A DNA stretch of 64,000 nt, from assembly GCF_963921235.1 (NCBI RefSeq), contig NC_086097.1, positions 178,128,001-178,192,000 of the forward strand. The letters run 5' to 3'. Positions 12,756 to 26,342 of the stretch are shown here, one piece after another. The notes beneath the pieces are model-generated. The model was given only the letters and a program-made list of their open reading frames with translations. It was not told the DNA's origin and ran no database searches. Source of the stretch: Mobula hypostoma (Eukaryota). Position 1 is the stretch's first letter. Each line of letters starts with the position of its first letter. Both the position numbers and the translations under genes were made by a program.

Positions 12756-13037
12756 TACTAGATCAGTAGCTGAAATGAGCAAGTTACCTTTGTAGAGAGG
12801 TTGCAGAATCTTATCCACTGTTGTTACTGTTTAAATAAAGAACTGACCATCTAAGAAATGAAGTAAATAAGTTTTATGAACAGCTTTTTCTACTGTGCTA
12901 TTAGATTTCTGAAGTCTATGAACACTATCTCATGATTCCTTTTTATTGCACAACTCATTATTTTTGTAATTTATAAATACATCTCTGCAACATACTGCTG
13001 CTGCAAGACAATAAATTTCACATTATATGTCAGTAAT

Positions 13038-13378
13038 TTGGGTGGTGATACATCGTCACCAAAGGAGGTACAAGGCTATCTTTCTCTCCACTAGCCTGCA
13101 GGTCACCCTTCAGTAAGGAGTAGCACCTACTTACCTCCCCCCCCCCCCCCCCGATCAGGGTCACGTGCCTTTCACAAATCTTCATTATGTGATCACTGAT
13201 GCCAGGCAGAAAATCTCTGAAGTGTATTGATAATTGCTGGCATTACCTGTCTGGTAAAGACACCGCCCAGAAGGCAATGGCAAACTATTTCTGCAGAAAA
13301 TTTGCCAAGAACAATTACAGTCACAAGACCATGATCAGCCACGTCATATAACACAGCACATAATAATAATGATGAGGT
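13038..13378 (+). mobile_element. SINE-like element with a BovB/RTE-type 3' tail
   Basis: aaggcaatggcaaac...tttgccaagaa tail and (taa/tga)n end; interrupts a LINE tail. Confidence 0.5.
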
Positions 13379-14829
13379 AAGTAATAATAAATCTGATTCT
13401 CTCTAATGGTTGCAAGTCCATGGAAATCTCCTCAAAGGAAATCAAAAGCGATCTTCAAATTTTTTTTTGAGGCAGAAGTGGATAAATTCTTGATAAACAA
13501 GAAATTGAGAGGTAAGAGGTAGAGAATGCTAAATTTGCATAAACAAGGCTATAATCCAGGCAGCTATGGTCTTATTAAAAGAAAACAAAAGCTCGAGAAA
13601 CATTACTGTTCTGAATTACTATTTTGCAAGATCCTTCAAATAGGACTTGATTTCATTGTGCCTCCAGTTTCTTGAACGATCTTTCCTGCTATTGCCCAAT
13701 TGCTAATCAATAGTTCCCTCCCCAGATCAACACTATATTCAAGTCTTTTGAAGCTTCTATTAAAGATGTGTTCATTACCCTTTCAGGCAGCACATTCCTG
13801 ATAACATCCTTCAAATAGTCAACAGACAAAAAAGAACAAATCTCTCTCCAGCTGTGCTGAGTACTTATTACACCACAAATGCTCTTCAGATCACTGAAAG
13901 TCTTGTGAGCAGGGCAGCACACTTCAATGACTACTGAAGCTTTGAGGTGATTAATGTTGCAGCCAAGTAAAAATGGTCAAACAATTACTTTGGAATGCCA
14001 ACTACAAATGAATGAAGTCAACTGAAATCTAATACATTCAAAGGAATGGAAATCAAAGTAAAAGGGTTTGCATAAACTTAAGGAACTGAGTGATTAGACG
14101 GTGATGTGTTCATCTCAATGAAACAAATCTGATGACTACAGAGGTTCAGCAAGAAGATTTAACTGTTTTCCAAAATTAATACTGAGTGCAAGTAATGTTT
14201 TCCTATCAGGAGGATATAAATGTAAAGGGATAAGTGTCAGAGTAATACGACATGGAAAAGGGCCCTTCAGCTCGACTCACCAAAGCTGACTGTGACACCT
14301 ACCCCATTTTCCTGCATTTTGGACCAAATCCCAATTCCTTCCCTAAGTATATGCCCAAAAACCCTTCAATCATTATAGTTGCACTTGTCTTTGCCACTTC
14401 CTTTGACCACTCATTCCATATAACCATCACCCTGTCTAGAAAAAACTTGGTCCCTTTCAATTTTTCCCCTCTGACCTCAAACGTATGCATTATAGTTTTA
14501 AAATACTGTACCCTGGGAGAAATAATGTCTGCCTACCCCATCTAAGCCCCTAATTTTTAAAAAAAATAAACCTCTACAAGGTCATTCCCTCAGTGTCTGC
14601 ACTCTGGTGAGACCAATCTTTCCTTGTAACTAGTCTTTCTTTCCAGGCAACACCCGGTTCAATCCCTTCTGACTCCTGGTGCCACCACATCCTTTTTATA
14701 GTATGGTGACCAGAACTGAACACAATATTCCAAGTGTGGTCACACCATATGATGTCCCATTTCTTGCACTCAAAGCCTCAGCCTATGAAGGCAATCAAAC
14801 TGAACACCTACACTCGCTTATCTACCCAT

Positions 14830-15569
14830 GTCATGGAGCACCAAATTTTTTGGTGTTCACCTGGCAGAGAATCTCACCTGGTCCCTCAACACCAGCTCCA
14901 TAGCAAAGAAAGCCCAGCAGTGTCTCTACTTTCTGCGAAGGCTGAGAAAAGTCCATCTCCCACCCCCCATCCTCACCACATTCTAGACGTTGTATTGAGA
15001 GCATCCTGAGCAGCTGCAACACTACCTGGTTTGGAAATTGCACCATCTTGGATCGCAAGACCCTGCAGCGGATAGTGAGGTCAGCTGAGAAAATCGTCGG
15101 GGTCTCTCTTCCCGCCATTACAGACATTTACACCACATGCTGCATCCGTAAAGCAAACGGCATTATGAAGGACCCCACGCACCCCTCATACAAACTCTTC
15201 TCCCTCCTGCCATCTGGAAAAAGGCACCAAAGTATTTGGTCTCTCACGACCAGACTATCTAACAGTTTCTTCCCCCAAGCCATCAGACTCTTCAATACCC
15301 AGAGCCTGGATTGACACCAACCTACTGCCCTTTACTGTGCATATTGTCTTGTTTATTATTTATTGTAATGCCTGCACTGTTTTGTGCACTTTATGCAGTC
15401 CTGGGTAGGTCTGTAATCTAGTGTAGTTTTGTGTTGTTTTACGTAGTTCAGTGTAGTTTTTGTATTGTTCATGTAACACCATGGTCCTGAAAGACGTAGT
15501 CTCGTTTTTACTGTGTACTGTACCAGCAGTAATGGTCGAAATGACAATAAAAAGTGACTTGACTTGACT
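14830..15569 (+). mobile_element. Rex1-type LINE 3' end
   Basis: LQRIVRSAEKI...FSLLPSGKR...NSFFPQAIR; aataaa followed by a (gactt)n tail. Confidence 0.8.
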
Positions 15570-16282
15570 ATGTACTTGCACCCTAAGTTTCCTCTGTGCA
15601 TCAACATTTCTGATGATTTCGTTATTTACTGTGTACATTTTGTAATTTTAGAGAACCCAAAATGCAATACCTCACGTTTAGAATAATGTCCATCTACCAT
15701 TACTCTGCCCAATTTTCCAACTGATCTATGAGTTTCAGTAACCTTAGACAACCTTCTATGTTGTCTACAACTCCACAAATCATTGTTGCATCAGCAAATT
15801 TACTTCAGACCACAGATATTTTCATCTAATCATTTATATACGACAAAGGTGCCAGCGAGGATCTGTAAGGTACATCATTTTCCAGTTTCCCAAGATTCCT
15901 GGGTCATGCATTTACCAACTCTACATGCATTTGCTGATTCTTACTTATGGTCTTAATCATGCTTTTCAAAGAATTTATCTATGTTGTTCACCTCAAATTC
16001 TCACTATAGTGGCAAGTTTTACCTTTTACCTGGTATATCCAAGATTCCTGACTTCATTCACGAGTGATGTTTTACATTGATAATGTGGCCTGGAATGGCA
16101 CACTAACTCCATTCTTCAAGATGCAACAAAATCCTTCCATTTCAGAGCAGATACCAGAATATTCCGTCAAATCCTGTTGCAGTGTCAGCTTGTATTTTGG
16201 CTCAAACATAAGAATATAGAGTAATACAACATGGAGACAGGCCCTTTGGCCCAACAGATACATGCTGTCAGCATTCTCCCTG

Positions 16283-16477
16283 AAAACACGAGGAATTCTG
16301 CAGATGCTGGAAATTCAAGCAAAACACATCAAAGTTGCTGGTGAACACAGCAGGCCAGGCAGCATCTCTAGGAAGAGGTACAGTCGATGTTTCGGCTGAG
16401 ACCCTTCATCAGGACTAACTGAAAGAAGAGCTAGTAAGAGATTTGAAAGTGGGAGGGGGGAGGGGGAGATCCAAAAT
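16283..16477 (-). mobile_element. 195-bp Penelope pLTR fragment with hammerhead motif (16381-16418)
   Basis: 11-bp TSD cattctccctg (16272-82 and 16478-88). Motif agtcCTGATGAagggtctcagccGAAACATCgact. Confidence 0.82.
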
Positions 16478-16993
16478 CATTCTCCCTGCTAGTTCCAGTT
16501 GCCCACATTCAGCCCAAAACACTCCTAGCCTCTCCCCTCTATGTATCTATCCAAATGACTTAAATGATGTTGTGAAATGATCTGTACAGATGGCATGCAA
16601 AACAAAGCTTTTCGCTATATCTCATTACACGCAACAACATTAAATGAATTACCAATAACCAGTCACTACTGGGTCCGAATCCTGGAACTCCCCCCCCTCC
16701 CCCCCATTAACACCGTGATCAGCAACAAGAATTAAACTGTCTCTCTTGAGGCACATTTGATACACAAATGCTACAATACATTTTTATTTAAAATTAAAAT
16801 CACTCATGTACTGCATTCAAATACTTTAACTTGCATTTACACCAGGGAAATAAACTAGTCTGAGTCTCAACATCACCCAGCACTTTAAATAAATCAGTAC
16901 TCATCAATACCATACTACAGAACTGGATTTGCACCACTGTTCTCAGTAGATGCCACTAGTGCTCTCTAGTGGTTCTGAATAGGCACTGAAGTA

Positions 16994-17809
16994 CAGGTCC
17001 ACAATCCTTTATCCAAAATCCTTGGGGCCAGTTACATTTCGGAATTCAGAATTTTTTGAATTTCAGAATCCCTCCTTATTGGTTCCAGGACCCCCCGCAG
17101 ATACCAAAAAACACGTATGCTCAAGTCCCTTACTTAACCTGTCCCAGTGCGGTGGACTTTAGGACACAGCGGAGCTCTGGACCTACGCATATCCTCCGGT
17201 ATAATTTAAATCATCTCTAGATTACTTATAATACCGAATACAATGTAAATAGTTGTTATACTGTATTGTTCAGGGAATAATGACAAGAAAAAAATATTCA
17301 ATAAAACATAAAAGTATCCAGCTTCAAACAAACCGAATCAAACACATGGTAAATAACTTATTGAAATTGTCACTGTCACTATAAAACTTCAGTAACTTGT
17401 CTTTCTGTTTCTTTAAATCATATACAGCAGTAGTTCCGACACCATATTCTTCAGTAAGACACCGCACAGACACACCACGATCAAGCTTCTGCAATAACTC
17501 CACTTTCTGTGTTATTGATAATAATAGATGCTTCCTTCTCTTTTTCTCATTGTTACCCATAGGGATATCTGCAGCTCTTTTTGACATTTTCACAGTGAAA
17601 TTAAACACAAAGTCAATAGTGAACACAAAATATCAGCCAACAGCAAATGCACATGTAACCAGTACGAGCGCTGAGCCACAACTGACGTCTGGCAGCCTTT
17701 GCTGGTGCTGCCACGTCACACCTGAGTGACATCAGCTGTTGGCGAAAAAAAACTTTGGTTTTCGGAGCTTTTTGGATTTCAGAATTTCAGATAAGGGATT
17801 GTGAACCTG
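16994..17809 (-). mobile_element. Non-autonomous Tigger (Tigger4/Zombi-like) with N-terminal transposase remnant and an internal MER2-like segment
   Basis: TA TSDs and TIRs caggtccacaatcctttatc / gataagggattgtgaacctg. HTH-psq peptide MSKRAADIPMGNNEKKRRKH...YDLKKQKDKLLKFY. Confidence 0.85.
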
Positions 17810-18229
17810 TACTATTTCAGATTTGAATTTTTCAGATTGTAATGGTTTTAGTGTGTTTTACTCCTTAAGAATAAAGCCACACATGCATCTTCCAAAACAG
17901 GTTTCGACTAGGGACCAATCCAATTTGCTTAAGGATTGGAGACAAGAGAGTGCAGATGTTGAAATTTGAAGTATGTTTCTTTCTTTATTGGTGCCAAGCT
18001 AGAACAGTGAGAATAGATCCCAGGTCAATGGTGTGTTCCTCTTACAAGATGTGGGAAATCTGGGAGACCTCCAGCGGGAGGGAGGGGAGCTGGGGGGGGA
18101 CTTTGGGGTTCTAACATTTAACTGTCATTCATTCTTGGGGCACTCCTGTTTTCGTGGATGATTGCGAAGAAAAAGTATTTCAGGATGTATACTGTATACA
18201 TTTCTCTGACATTAAATTATACCTTTGAA

Positions 18230-20395
18230 TGCAGCTGCTTACAGACAGTGTTAGGGAACTGCAGCTATAAGAACTATGGCTCATTCAGGAGAATGAGGAA
18301 CTGACAGAGAGAAGCCACAGGGAGGGAGTCTTCCCTAAGCTGCAGGATGCAGATAGCTGGCTGACTATCAAGAGAGGGAAAGGAAGGAAGCAAACAGTGC
18401 AGTGTACCCGTGGCCATGCCCCTTATTAACAAATATAACACTTTGGACACCACTGCAGGAGAACAACCGACCAGGGGAAAGCTGCAGCAACCACGTTTCT
18501 GGCACCAGGTCTAACTCTGGCTCAGAAGGGGATTCAATAGTTATAGGAACAGACAGGAGACTATGGACATGAAAGAGACACATGGATGTTACGTTGACCC
18601 AGATGTCAGGGTCAGTGACATCTCAAATTGAGTCCACGGCATTCTTAAGGGAGAGGGTGAGCAGCCAGAAGTTGTACACCTTGGTACCAACAACATAGGT
18701 GGGAGAAGGAATGAGGTTATGAAGAACAAATATAGGGAGCTAGGGTGGAAGTAAAAGGCAAGATCTCAGATTCTTTGGATTGCTGCCTGTGCTGAGCACC
18801 AGCAGGGGTATGAATGAATAGAATGATAGAGCAGATAAATGTGCAGCTGAAGATTTGGGGCAGGGGACAGTGCTTCAGATTTTTGGATTGTTGGGATCTC
18901 TTCTGGGTAAGGTATGACCTGTACAAAAGGGACAGGTACACATGAATTCATAAAAGACCAATATCCTTGCGGACTAGTGGATGACAGCTGTGGGGAGGGT
19001 TTAAACTAGGTTGGCAGGGGATGGAAACTAGAGTGAGAGGTTGGTATACAGGAGAATGTAGAGTCGGTAAAGAAGGACAAGTAATGGATAAATGCAGTCA
19101 GTTGGATGGGTTAAAATGTGTCCACTTTAAAGCAAAAAATATCAGGAATAAGGTGAACTTAGAACATGGTTCAGTACATGGAACTATGGCGTTGTGGCCA
19201 TTACTGACACTTGGCTGTCCCGAGGGCAGCAATGGTTACTGGATGTTCTGGGGTTTAGAGGTTTCAAAAGTGACAGAGAGGAAGGTAAAATAGGTAGGGG
19301 AGCAGCATTGCTTATTAGGAATTTTAATCAGAGTTGCAGAACGATAGGATGTTGTGGAGTATTGTCTACTGAATCGGTGTGGGTGGAAGTCAGAAACAGG
19401 AAGGAAGCTATCACTCTAAAGGGAGAGCAGAAGGCAGAGGGTGGTAGTAGATGAAGAGTATTCTGCCTGGAGGTGGATGACGAGTGGTGTCCCACAGGGA
19501 TCTGTCCTAGGACTCCTACTCTGTGATTTTAGTTAATGACTTGGCTGAGGAAATTAAAGGGTGGGTTAGTAAGTTTGCAGATAACACAAGATTGGTAGTG
19601 TTGTGGATAATGTAGAGAATTGTCGTAGATCACAACAGGATATTAAGAGGATGCAGACCTGGGCTGGGAAGCAGCAGATAGGAGTTCCATCCAGAGAAGT
19701 GTGAAGAGTTACACTTCGGAAGATCAAACCTGAAGGTAAAGTACAGGTTAATGGCAGGATTCTTAGCAGTGTTGAAGAATAGTAAGACCTTGGGGACCTC
19801 GTCCATGGATCCCTGAAAGCTGCTATGCAAGTTGATAGGGTAGTTAAGAAAGCATGTGGTGTATCAGACAGGGGATTGAGTTCAAGTGCCGTCTATAAAA
19901 CTCTGGTTAGACCACACTTGGAGTATTGTGTTCATTTCTGGTCGCTACATTATAGAAAGAATGCGGATGCTTCAGAGATGATGCAGAGGAGATTACCAAG
20001 GTGCTGCCTGGATTAGAGAGCATGTCTAATGAGGATAGGTTGAGCAAGATAGTTTTGCTCTTTGGAGTGAAGGAGGATGAGAGGATACTTGATAGAGGTG
20101 TATAGAGGGGAGCCAATGAGAAATACGAGAGGGCATAATTTTAAGATGATTGGACTAAGTATAGGGTGATTGTTAAAGGTAGTATTTTTCTCCTTACAGA
20201 GTGTTAAGTGCATGGAGCACATTGCCAGGGGTGCTGATAGAGGCAGATACATTAGGAGCATTTAAGAGACTCTTGGATTGGCACATGGATGAATGAAAAA
20301 TGAAGGGCTATGGAGGGCAGGGTTAGATTAGTCGTGGAGTAGGTTAAAAGGTCGGTACGACATTGTAGGCCAAAAATCTGTAGCGTATGTGTATG
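18230..20395 (+). mobile_element. Degenerate, internally deleted CR1 LINE (ORF1 esterase, APE and RT remnants)
   Basis: GDS and HLGTN-like ORF1 codons, AITDTWL and YKTLVRPHLEYCVHFW. Confidence 0.75.
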
Positions 20396-20714
20396 TTCAA
20401 GTGATCTATTAGAGAAAATCTGTGGGTTTTAAAGGATTGACTGAAAAGTGACTTGACAGTCACAAGGAACACATAACAGAACAAAATATATAAAGCAAGG
20501 CAAAATTATCCTGCCTGAGAAATTTCACCTAGCAAGAACTATGAGGGTAGATCTTATCAGGTGTGAGCCTTTTACATTCTATAACATAAACATTCCATAA
20601 ATAATTAATTTTCTCAACCGAATTACTGAAGTAGTTGCAGTGAAAGCACCTCCATATGTGGAAAAGTTCTAGTTTTTGTACACGCTAATAGTTCCGAACT
20701 CATGCAGTGGTTAC

Positions 20715-20804
20715 CTTGAGAAAAGGCACAAGGTAAGGCTGTGGGGAAGACTTGAGCTCTTGGTACAGCTGACTTGTGAATTCCTCTGCTTCTAACTTCC
20801 CATC
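20715..20804 (-). CDS. TAF4B: TAF4B exon 6, TAFH domain (DGKLEAEEFTSQLYQELKSSPQPYLVPFLK)
   Basis: Diagnostic EAEEFT..LY.ELKSSPQP.LVPFLK motif, cag| and AAG|gtaac boundaries, 90 nt. Confidence 0.97.
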
Positions 20805-21591
20805 CTGAAGGAAGAAAAAGGAGTATTTCAAAACTAGAATTAAAAGCCAAAATACTTAATAAAATCACTAAAAGATCATTCAGTGCAGGATCAACCCAGC
20901 TTTCTGCAATCTTGTTCCACTCCTGCCACTAAAAGGTCACCAATAAATTTGAAAACAAATTACACAGCAAACTGCACTCAGCATGTCGAAAGCTCTGAAG
21001 GATCGGTCAAGAACAACTGAGACTTCTGGGGGGGAAACTAAATAAACACAAGGAAAGAACTGAAAAATATCTTGTTAGGCAAAGACAAAAAAGGTGCTGT
21101 GACTATTATGGAATACAACTACCACCTTAATTCAGGCAAGTTTCCATGATGTACTACCAGTTGTAATTCATTTTAAAATTACATTAACACAAAGGGCTCT
21201 GAACAACAGATTCTCTTTTGCTCAAAAAACAATTAAGATGGTACTGCACAAAGAGGGGACATCCAGATGTACCTTATGAATAAAATGGTAGATTAACTTA
21301 CTGCTCAAGAAAACAATGCTAAAGAAATTACTCCTTTACCAAATCAGAGTAAATGAAGGAGAAAGCATACTGATGCGATGTCACGATGACTTCTCCCTCA
21401 ATGTCAGCGAAGTGAAAGATCTGTTTTAGACCTGCCATAATAGGTAAGATGCTGGAAAGCATTCCAACAAATAATATATACTTAAGTTTGAAAAGGAAGG
21501 GGTTGATTAGAAGTTGTCAGCATGGCTTTGGCACAGCAGATCTTGTTTCAAAAATTTGATATTTTTTTTAAAAGGTTGGGCAATAAATGTA

Positions 21592-23157
21592 TAAACCCCA
21601 TTTCCAGAAAAGTTGGGATATTTTCCAAAATGCAATAAAAACAAAAATCTGTGATATGTTAATTCACGTGAACCTATATTTAACTGACAAATGTACAAAG
21701 AAAAGATTTTCAATAGTTTTACTGACCAACTTAATTGTATTTTGTAAACATACACAAATTTAGAATTTGATAGCTGCAACACACTCAACAAAAGTTGGGA
21801 CAGAGGCATGTTTACCATTGTGTTACATCACCTTTCCTTTTAATAACACTTTTTAATCGTTATGGAACTGAGGATATTAATTGTAGTAGATTTGCAATTG
21901 GAAATTTTGTCCATTCTTGCTTGATATAAGACTTCAGCTCCTCAACAGTCCGTGGTCTCCGTTGTCTGATTCTCCTCTTCATGATGTGCCATACATTTTC
22001 AATAGGAGATGGATCTGGACTGGCTGCAGACCAGTCAAGCACACGCACTCTGTGTCTACAAAGCCATGCTGTTGTAGCCCGTGCAGAATGTGGTCTGGCA
22101 ATGTCCTGCTGAAATAAGCATGGACGTCCCGGGAAGAGACGTCGCCGGATGGCAACATATGTCTCTCTAAAATCCTAATATACACCTCAGAGTCAATGGT
22201 ACCTTCACATACATGCAACTCACCCATGCCATGGGCACTGATGCACCCCCATACCGTCACAGATGCTGGCTTTTGCACCTTTCGCTGATAACAATCTGGA
22301 TGGTTGTTTTCATCTTTGTCACGGAGAACTCGACGCCCGTTTTTTCAGAAAACTAGCAGAAATGTGGACTCATCTGACCACAGCACACGGTTCCACAGTC
22401 TTTCAGTCCATCGGGCCCAGAGAACTCGCCGGCGCTTCTGCATAGTTGATGTATGGCTTCCTCCTTGCGTAATACAGTTTCAAGTTGCATTTCTGGATGC
22501 AGTGATGGACTGTGTTGAGTGACAATGGTTTTCTGAAGTACTCCCGAGCCCAGGTGGCTATAATTGTCACAGTAGCATGACGGTTTCTTAGGCAGTGCCG
22601 CCTGAGGGCTCGAAGATCATGCGCATTCAACAGTGGTTTCCGACCTTGCTCTTTACGCACTGAGATGTCACTGAATTCTCTGAATCTTTTCACAATATTA
22701 TGTACTGTAGATGTTGAAAGACCTAAATTCTCTGCAATCTTGCGTTGAGAAATGTTCCTTTTGAACTAACAATTCTCTCACAAATTTTGGCACAAAGGGG
22801 TGAGCCATGACCCATTCTTGCTTGCAAAGACTGAGCCCTTTAATACACGGTCATGATACCTCACCTGCTACCAATTAGCCTGCTTAACGTGGAATCTTCC
22901 AAACCGGTGTTACTTGAATATTCTGTGCACTTTTCAATCTTATTTTAACTCTGTCCCAACTTTTGTTGAGTGTGTTGCAGCCATCAAATTCTAAATTTGT
23001 GTATATTTACAGAATACAATTAAGTTGGTCAGTAAAACTATTGAAAATCTTTTCTTTGTACTTTTGTCAGTTAAATAAAGGTTCACGTGAATTAACATCA
23101 CAGATTATTTTTATTGCATTTTGGAAAATATCCCAACTTTTCTGGAAATGGGGTTTG
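21592..23157 (-). mobile_element. Full-length Tc1 transposon (IR/DR type) with frameshifted transposase (21812-22815)
   Basis: TIRs of about 215 bp with internal aaaagttggga direct repeats, TA TSDs, and motifs VWGC, SPDPSPIENVW and KGDVTQW*. Confidence 0.95.
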
Positions 23158-23929
23158 TATATATGGATTTCAGTAATGCTTTTGATACGATTCCACATGG
23201 TAAGCTGCTCTGGATAGTTAAATAATTTGGCATCCAAGGAAAGCTAGCAAACTGAATACAAAATCAGCTGGAAGGTAGGAAACCGATGATAGATGTTTCT
23301 CTGACTGGAGATCAGAAAGTATTGGTGTACCCCAGGGGTCAGTGCTAAGCCCATTGGTTATTTGTCATCTAGATCAACAATTTGTATGTGAACATACAAG
23401 GAATAATTATCTAGCTTGCAGACGACACTAAATCAGGTGGTATTATAGGTGGTGAAGTATCAAGAATTACAGTGGCATCTTTATCAGCTGCAAGGGTGGG
23501 CTGAGGAATGGCAAGTGGAATTTAATTCAAATAAGTACGAAAAATTACAATTCAATAGGACAAATCATGGTAGGGTACTTACATTGAAAGGAAAGACCCT
23601 GAATACTGCTGTAGAATAGAGGGACTTTGTAGTACAGATGCAGGATTCTCATAAAGTAGAATGAAAGATGGGGTGGGTAGAAGTTTCAAGAGGCACAAAG
23701 CCTGGTATGGAATCAATGTTTGATCTGTGTGAACAGCTTTTTACGGTTTCTTGGTACATGTGGCAATAATAATAAACCAATTTCCACACTAACAGCTTTC
23801 CTCACAGATGCAGAGTTTATGGCATAGATGAAAGCCACTCAAAACACTCCAATCCATCAATGTGAAGAATCATTCTGACTCCCCACCACTCAGTCCACAA
23901 CCTTCTGAGTTGCAGTCTGTTAAGTATCA

Positions 23930-26260
23930 GAATCTAAGTTTAATATCACTCACAGGTCATGAATTTATTGTTTTATGGCAGCAGTACAATACATAAAAAT
24001 TACTGTAGATTATATTAACAAATTATGTGAAAAAAAACAAATTAGTTGGGCAAAAGGAGAGCAAAACAGTGAAGTAGCATACATGGGTCATTCAGAAATC
24101 TAATGGCAGTGGGGAAGAGGCTTTTCCTAAAACGTTGAGTGCGTCTCTTCGGGCTCCTGTACCTCTTCTCTGATGGTAGCAATGAAAAGTGGGCATGCCC
24201 TGAGTGGTGGAGTTTCTTAATGACTGATGCCACCTTCTTGAGGCATCACCTTTTGAAGATGTCCTCGAAGGTTCGGCGGCTTGTGCTCATGATGGAGCTG
24301 GCTGAGCTCACAACCCACTGCACAAAGACGAGAGAATCTGCAGATGCTGGAAATCCAAGGAACACACACAAAATGCGGAAGGAACTCAGCAGGCCATGCA
24401 GCATCTATGGAAAAGAGTAAACTGTTGACATTTCAGGCTGAGATCCTTCATCAGGACTAGAAAACAAGATGAGAAGTTAGAGCAAAAAGGTGGGGGGAGG
24501 GGAGGAAGAAGTACAAGATGGTAGGTGATAGGTGAGGGGGAGGAGTGAAATAAAGAGCTGGGTGAAAGCTGATCAGTTAAAGAGAAAGGGCAAGGGCCGG
24601 AGAAGGGGGAATCTGATAGGAGAGGGTAGAAGACCATGGAAGAAAAGGGGGGGGGGGAGCCTACCCAAACGTAATACAAGGCGTGGTTCCTCCAACCTGA
24701 GTGCACCTTACCACAGCAGTAGAGGCGTCCATTGACTGACATGTTGAAATGGGAAGTAAAACTGAAGAGAATCTGCTTTCTTTGGCAGATGGAGCATAGG
24801 TGTTCTGCGAAGCGGTCTCCAAATCTACATCGGGTCTCACCGATATACAGGAGGCCCCAGTGGGAGCACTGGATACAGTAGATGACACCCCCTAGACTCA
24901 CAGGTGAAGGGCCACCTCAAATGGAAGGACTGATTGGTGGTCCTGAATGGTAGTGAGGGAGGTGGTGTAGGGACAGGTATGGCACTTGTTCTGCTTGCAA
25001 GGATAAGTACCAGGAGGGACATCAATGGGAAGTGATGAAAAGACAAGGGAGTCACATGGGGAGTGATTCCTCTATAAAGTGGAAAGTGGGGGGGGCAAGG
25101 GAAAGATGTGCTTGGTGGTGGGATACTATTGGAGATGGCAAAAGATACAAGTTATGCGCTGGATGCAGAGGCTACTGGAGGACAAGAGGAACAATATCCC
25201 TGGAGGTATGGCAGGAGGATGGGGTGAAGACAGAAGTGCACGAAATGGAAGATATGCGGGTGAGGGCAACGTTGATGGAGCAGGAAAGAAAGCCCCTTTC
25301 TTTGAAAAGGAGGACATCTCTAGTCGGAGGAGCAGCACCTTATATTCAGTCTGGGTAGCCTCCAATCTGATGTCATGAACATCGATTTCTCAAACTTCCA
25401 GTAATTACCCCATCACCTTCACCATTCCCATTCACCTCTCTCACCTCATCTCCTTACCTGTACATCACTTCTCTCTAGTACTCCTCCCACTTCCCTTTCT
25501 TCCATGGTCTTCTACCCTCTATCCGCTTCCCCTTTCTCCAGCCCTTTATCTCTTGCACCTACCAACTTTCAAGATCTTTACTTCATCCTTCCCCCTCTTC
25601 CGGTTTCACTTACCACCTACCACATTCTTCTTCCACCCCTCCTCCCGGCATCTCTGCTCAAAATGTCAACTATTTTCTCTTTTCCATAGATGCTGCCTAG
25701 CCTACTGAGCTCCTCCAGCATTTTGTGTGTGTTGCTTACAATCCTCTGCAGCTTTTTCTGAATGGCACTTCCATATCAGTCAGTGATGCAACCAGTCAGA
25801 ATGCTCTCCACGGTACACCTGAAGGAATTTGCTGGAGTCTTTAGTGACATACCAAATCTATTCAAACTCCAACTTAAATATAGCCACTAGAATGCCTTGG
25901 CTGTAACTGCATAAAACATGTTGGACCCTGGATAGAACTTCAGAGATGTTGACACACAGGCACTTGAAAATGTTCACCTTTTCCCACTGGTGTGTGCTCT
26001 TCTGACCTCCCCTTTCTCAAGTCCACAAGTAATTCTTTGATCCTACTGACACCAAGTGTAAGGTTGTTGTTGCAACACCACTCAACCAGCTGACTTAACT
26101 CACTTTTGTATGCTTCCTCGTCACCATCGAAGATTCTGTCAACAATAGTTATCATAGGCCATTTTATAGATGGGATTTGAGCTGTGCCTAGCCAGAATCA
26201 TGGGTGCAGCGAGAAAAGAGCTATGCATACATCCTTCAGGTGCACCAGTGTTGACTGTCA
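23930..26260 (-). mobile_element. Degenerate Rex1-type LINE 3' part, host of the Penelope insertion
   Basis: Peptides LVEWCCNNNLTLGVSRIKELLVDLRK and HFSLLPSEKRYRS; LINE tail at about 23930. Confidence 0.75.
24323..25737. mobile_element. Penelope-like element with inverted structure: GIY-YIG endonuclease remnant (minus) plus a second 3' end (plus)
   Basis: ORF 24386-24901 contains VIYCIQCS..LLYIGET.CRFGDRFAEH. The plus arm ends EQHLIFSLGSLQSDVMNIDFSNFQ*. Degenerate hammerhead at 24421-60. Imperfect 13-bp TSD acaacccactgca / acaatcctctgca within a Rex-type LINE. Confidence 0.85.
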
Positions 26261-26261
26261 G

Positions 26262-26342
26262 GGAGGAGGGTGGTGGAGGGTGGAGGGTGGAGGGTGGAGG
26301 AGGAGGAGGAGGAGGTAGTAGTAGTAGTAGTAGTAGTAGTAC
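26262..26342. repeat. Compound microsatellite (GGA/GGT-rich, then (GTA)n)
   Basis: Seen directly; explains the spurious poly-P/L and poly-G/S ORFs. Confidence 0.9.

Noticed and set aside
17324..17626. Domesticated TIGD/Jerky-like gene
   Set aside because: Only the N-terminal HTH is present, inside TIRs and TA TSDs.
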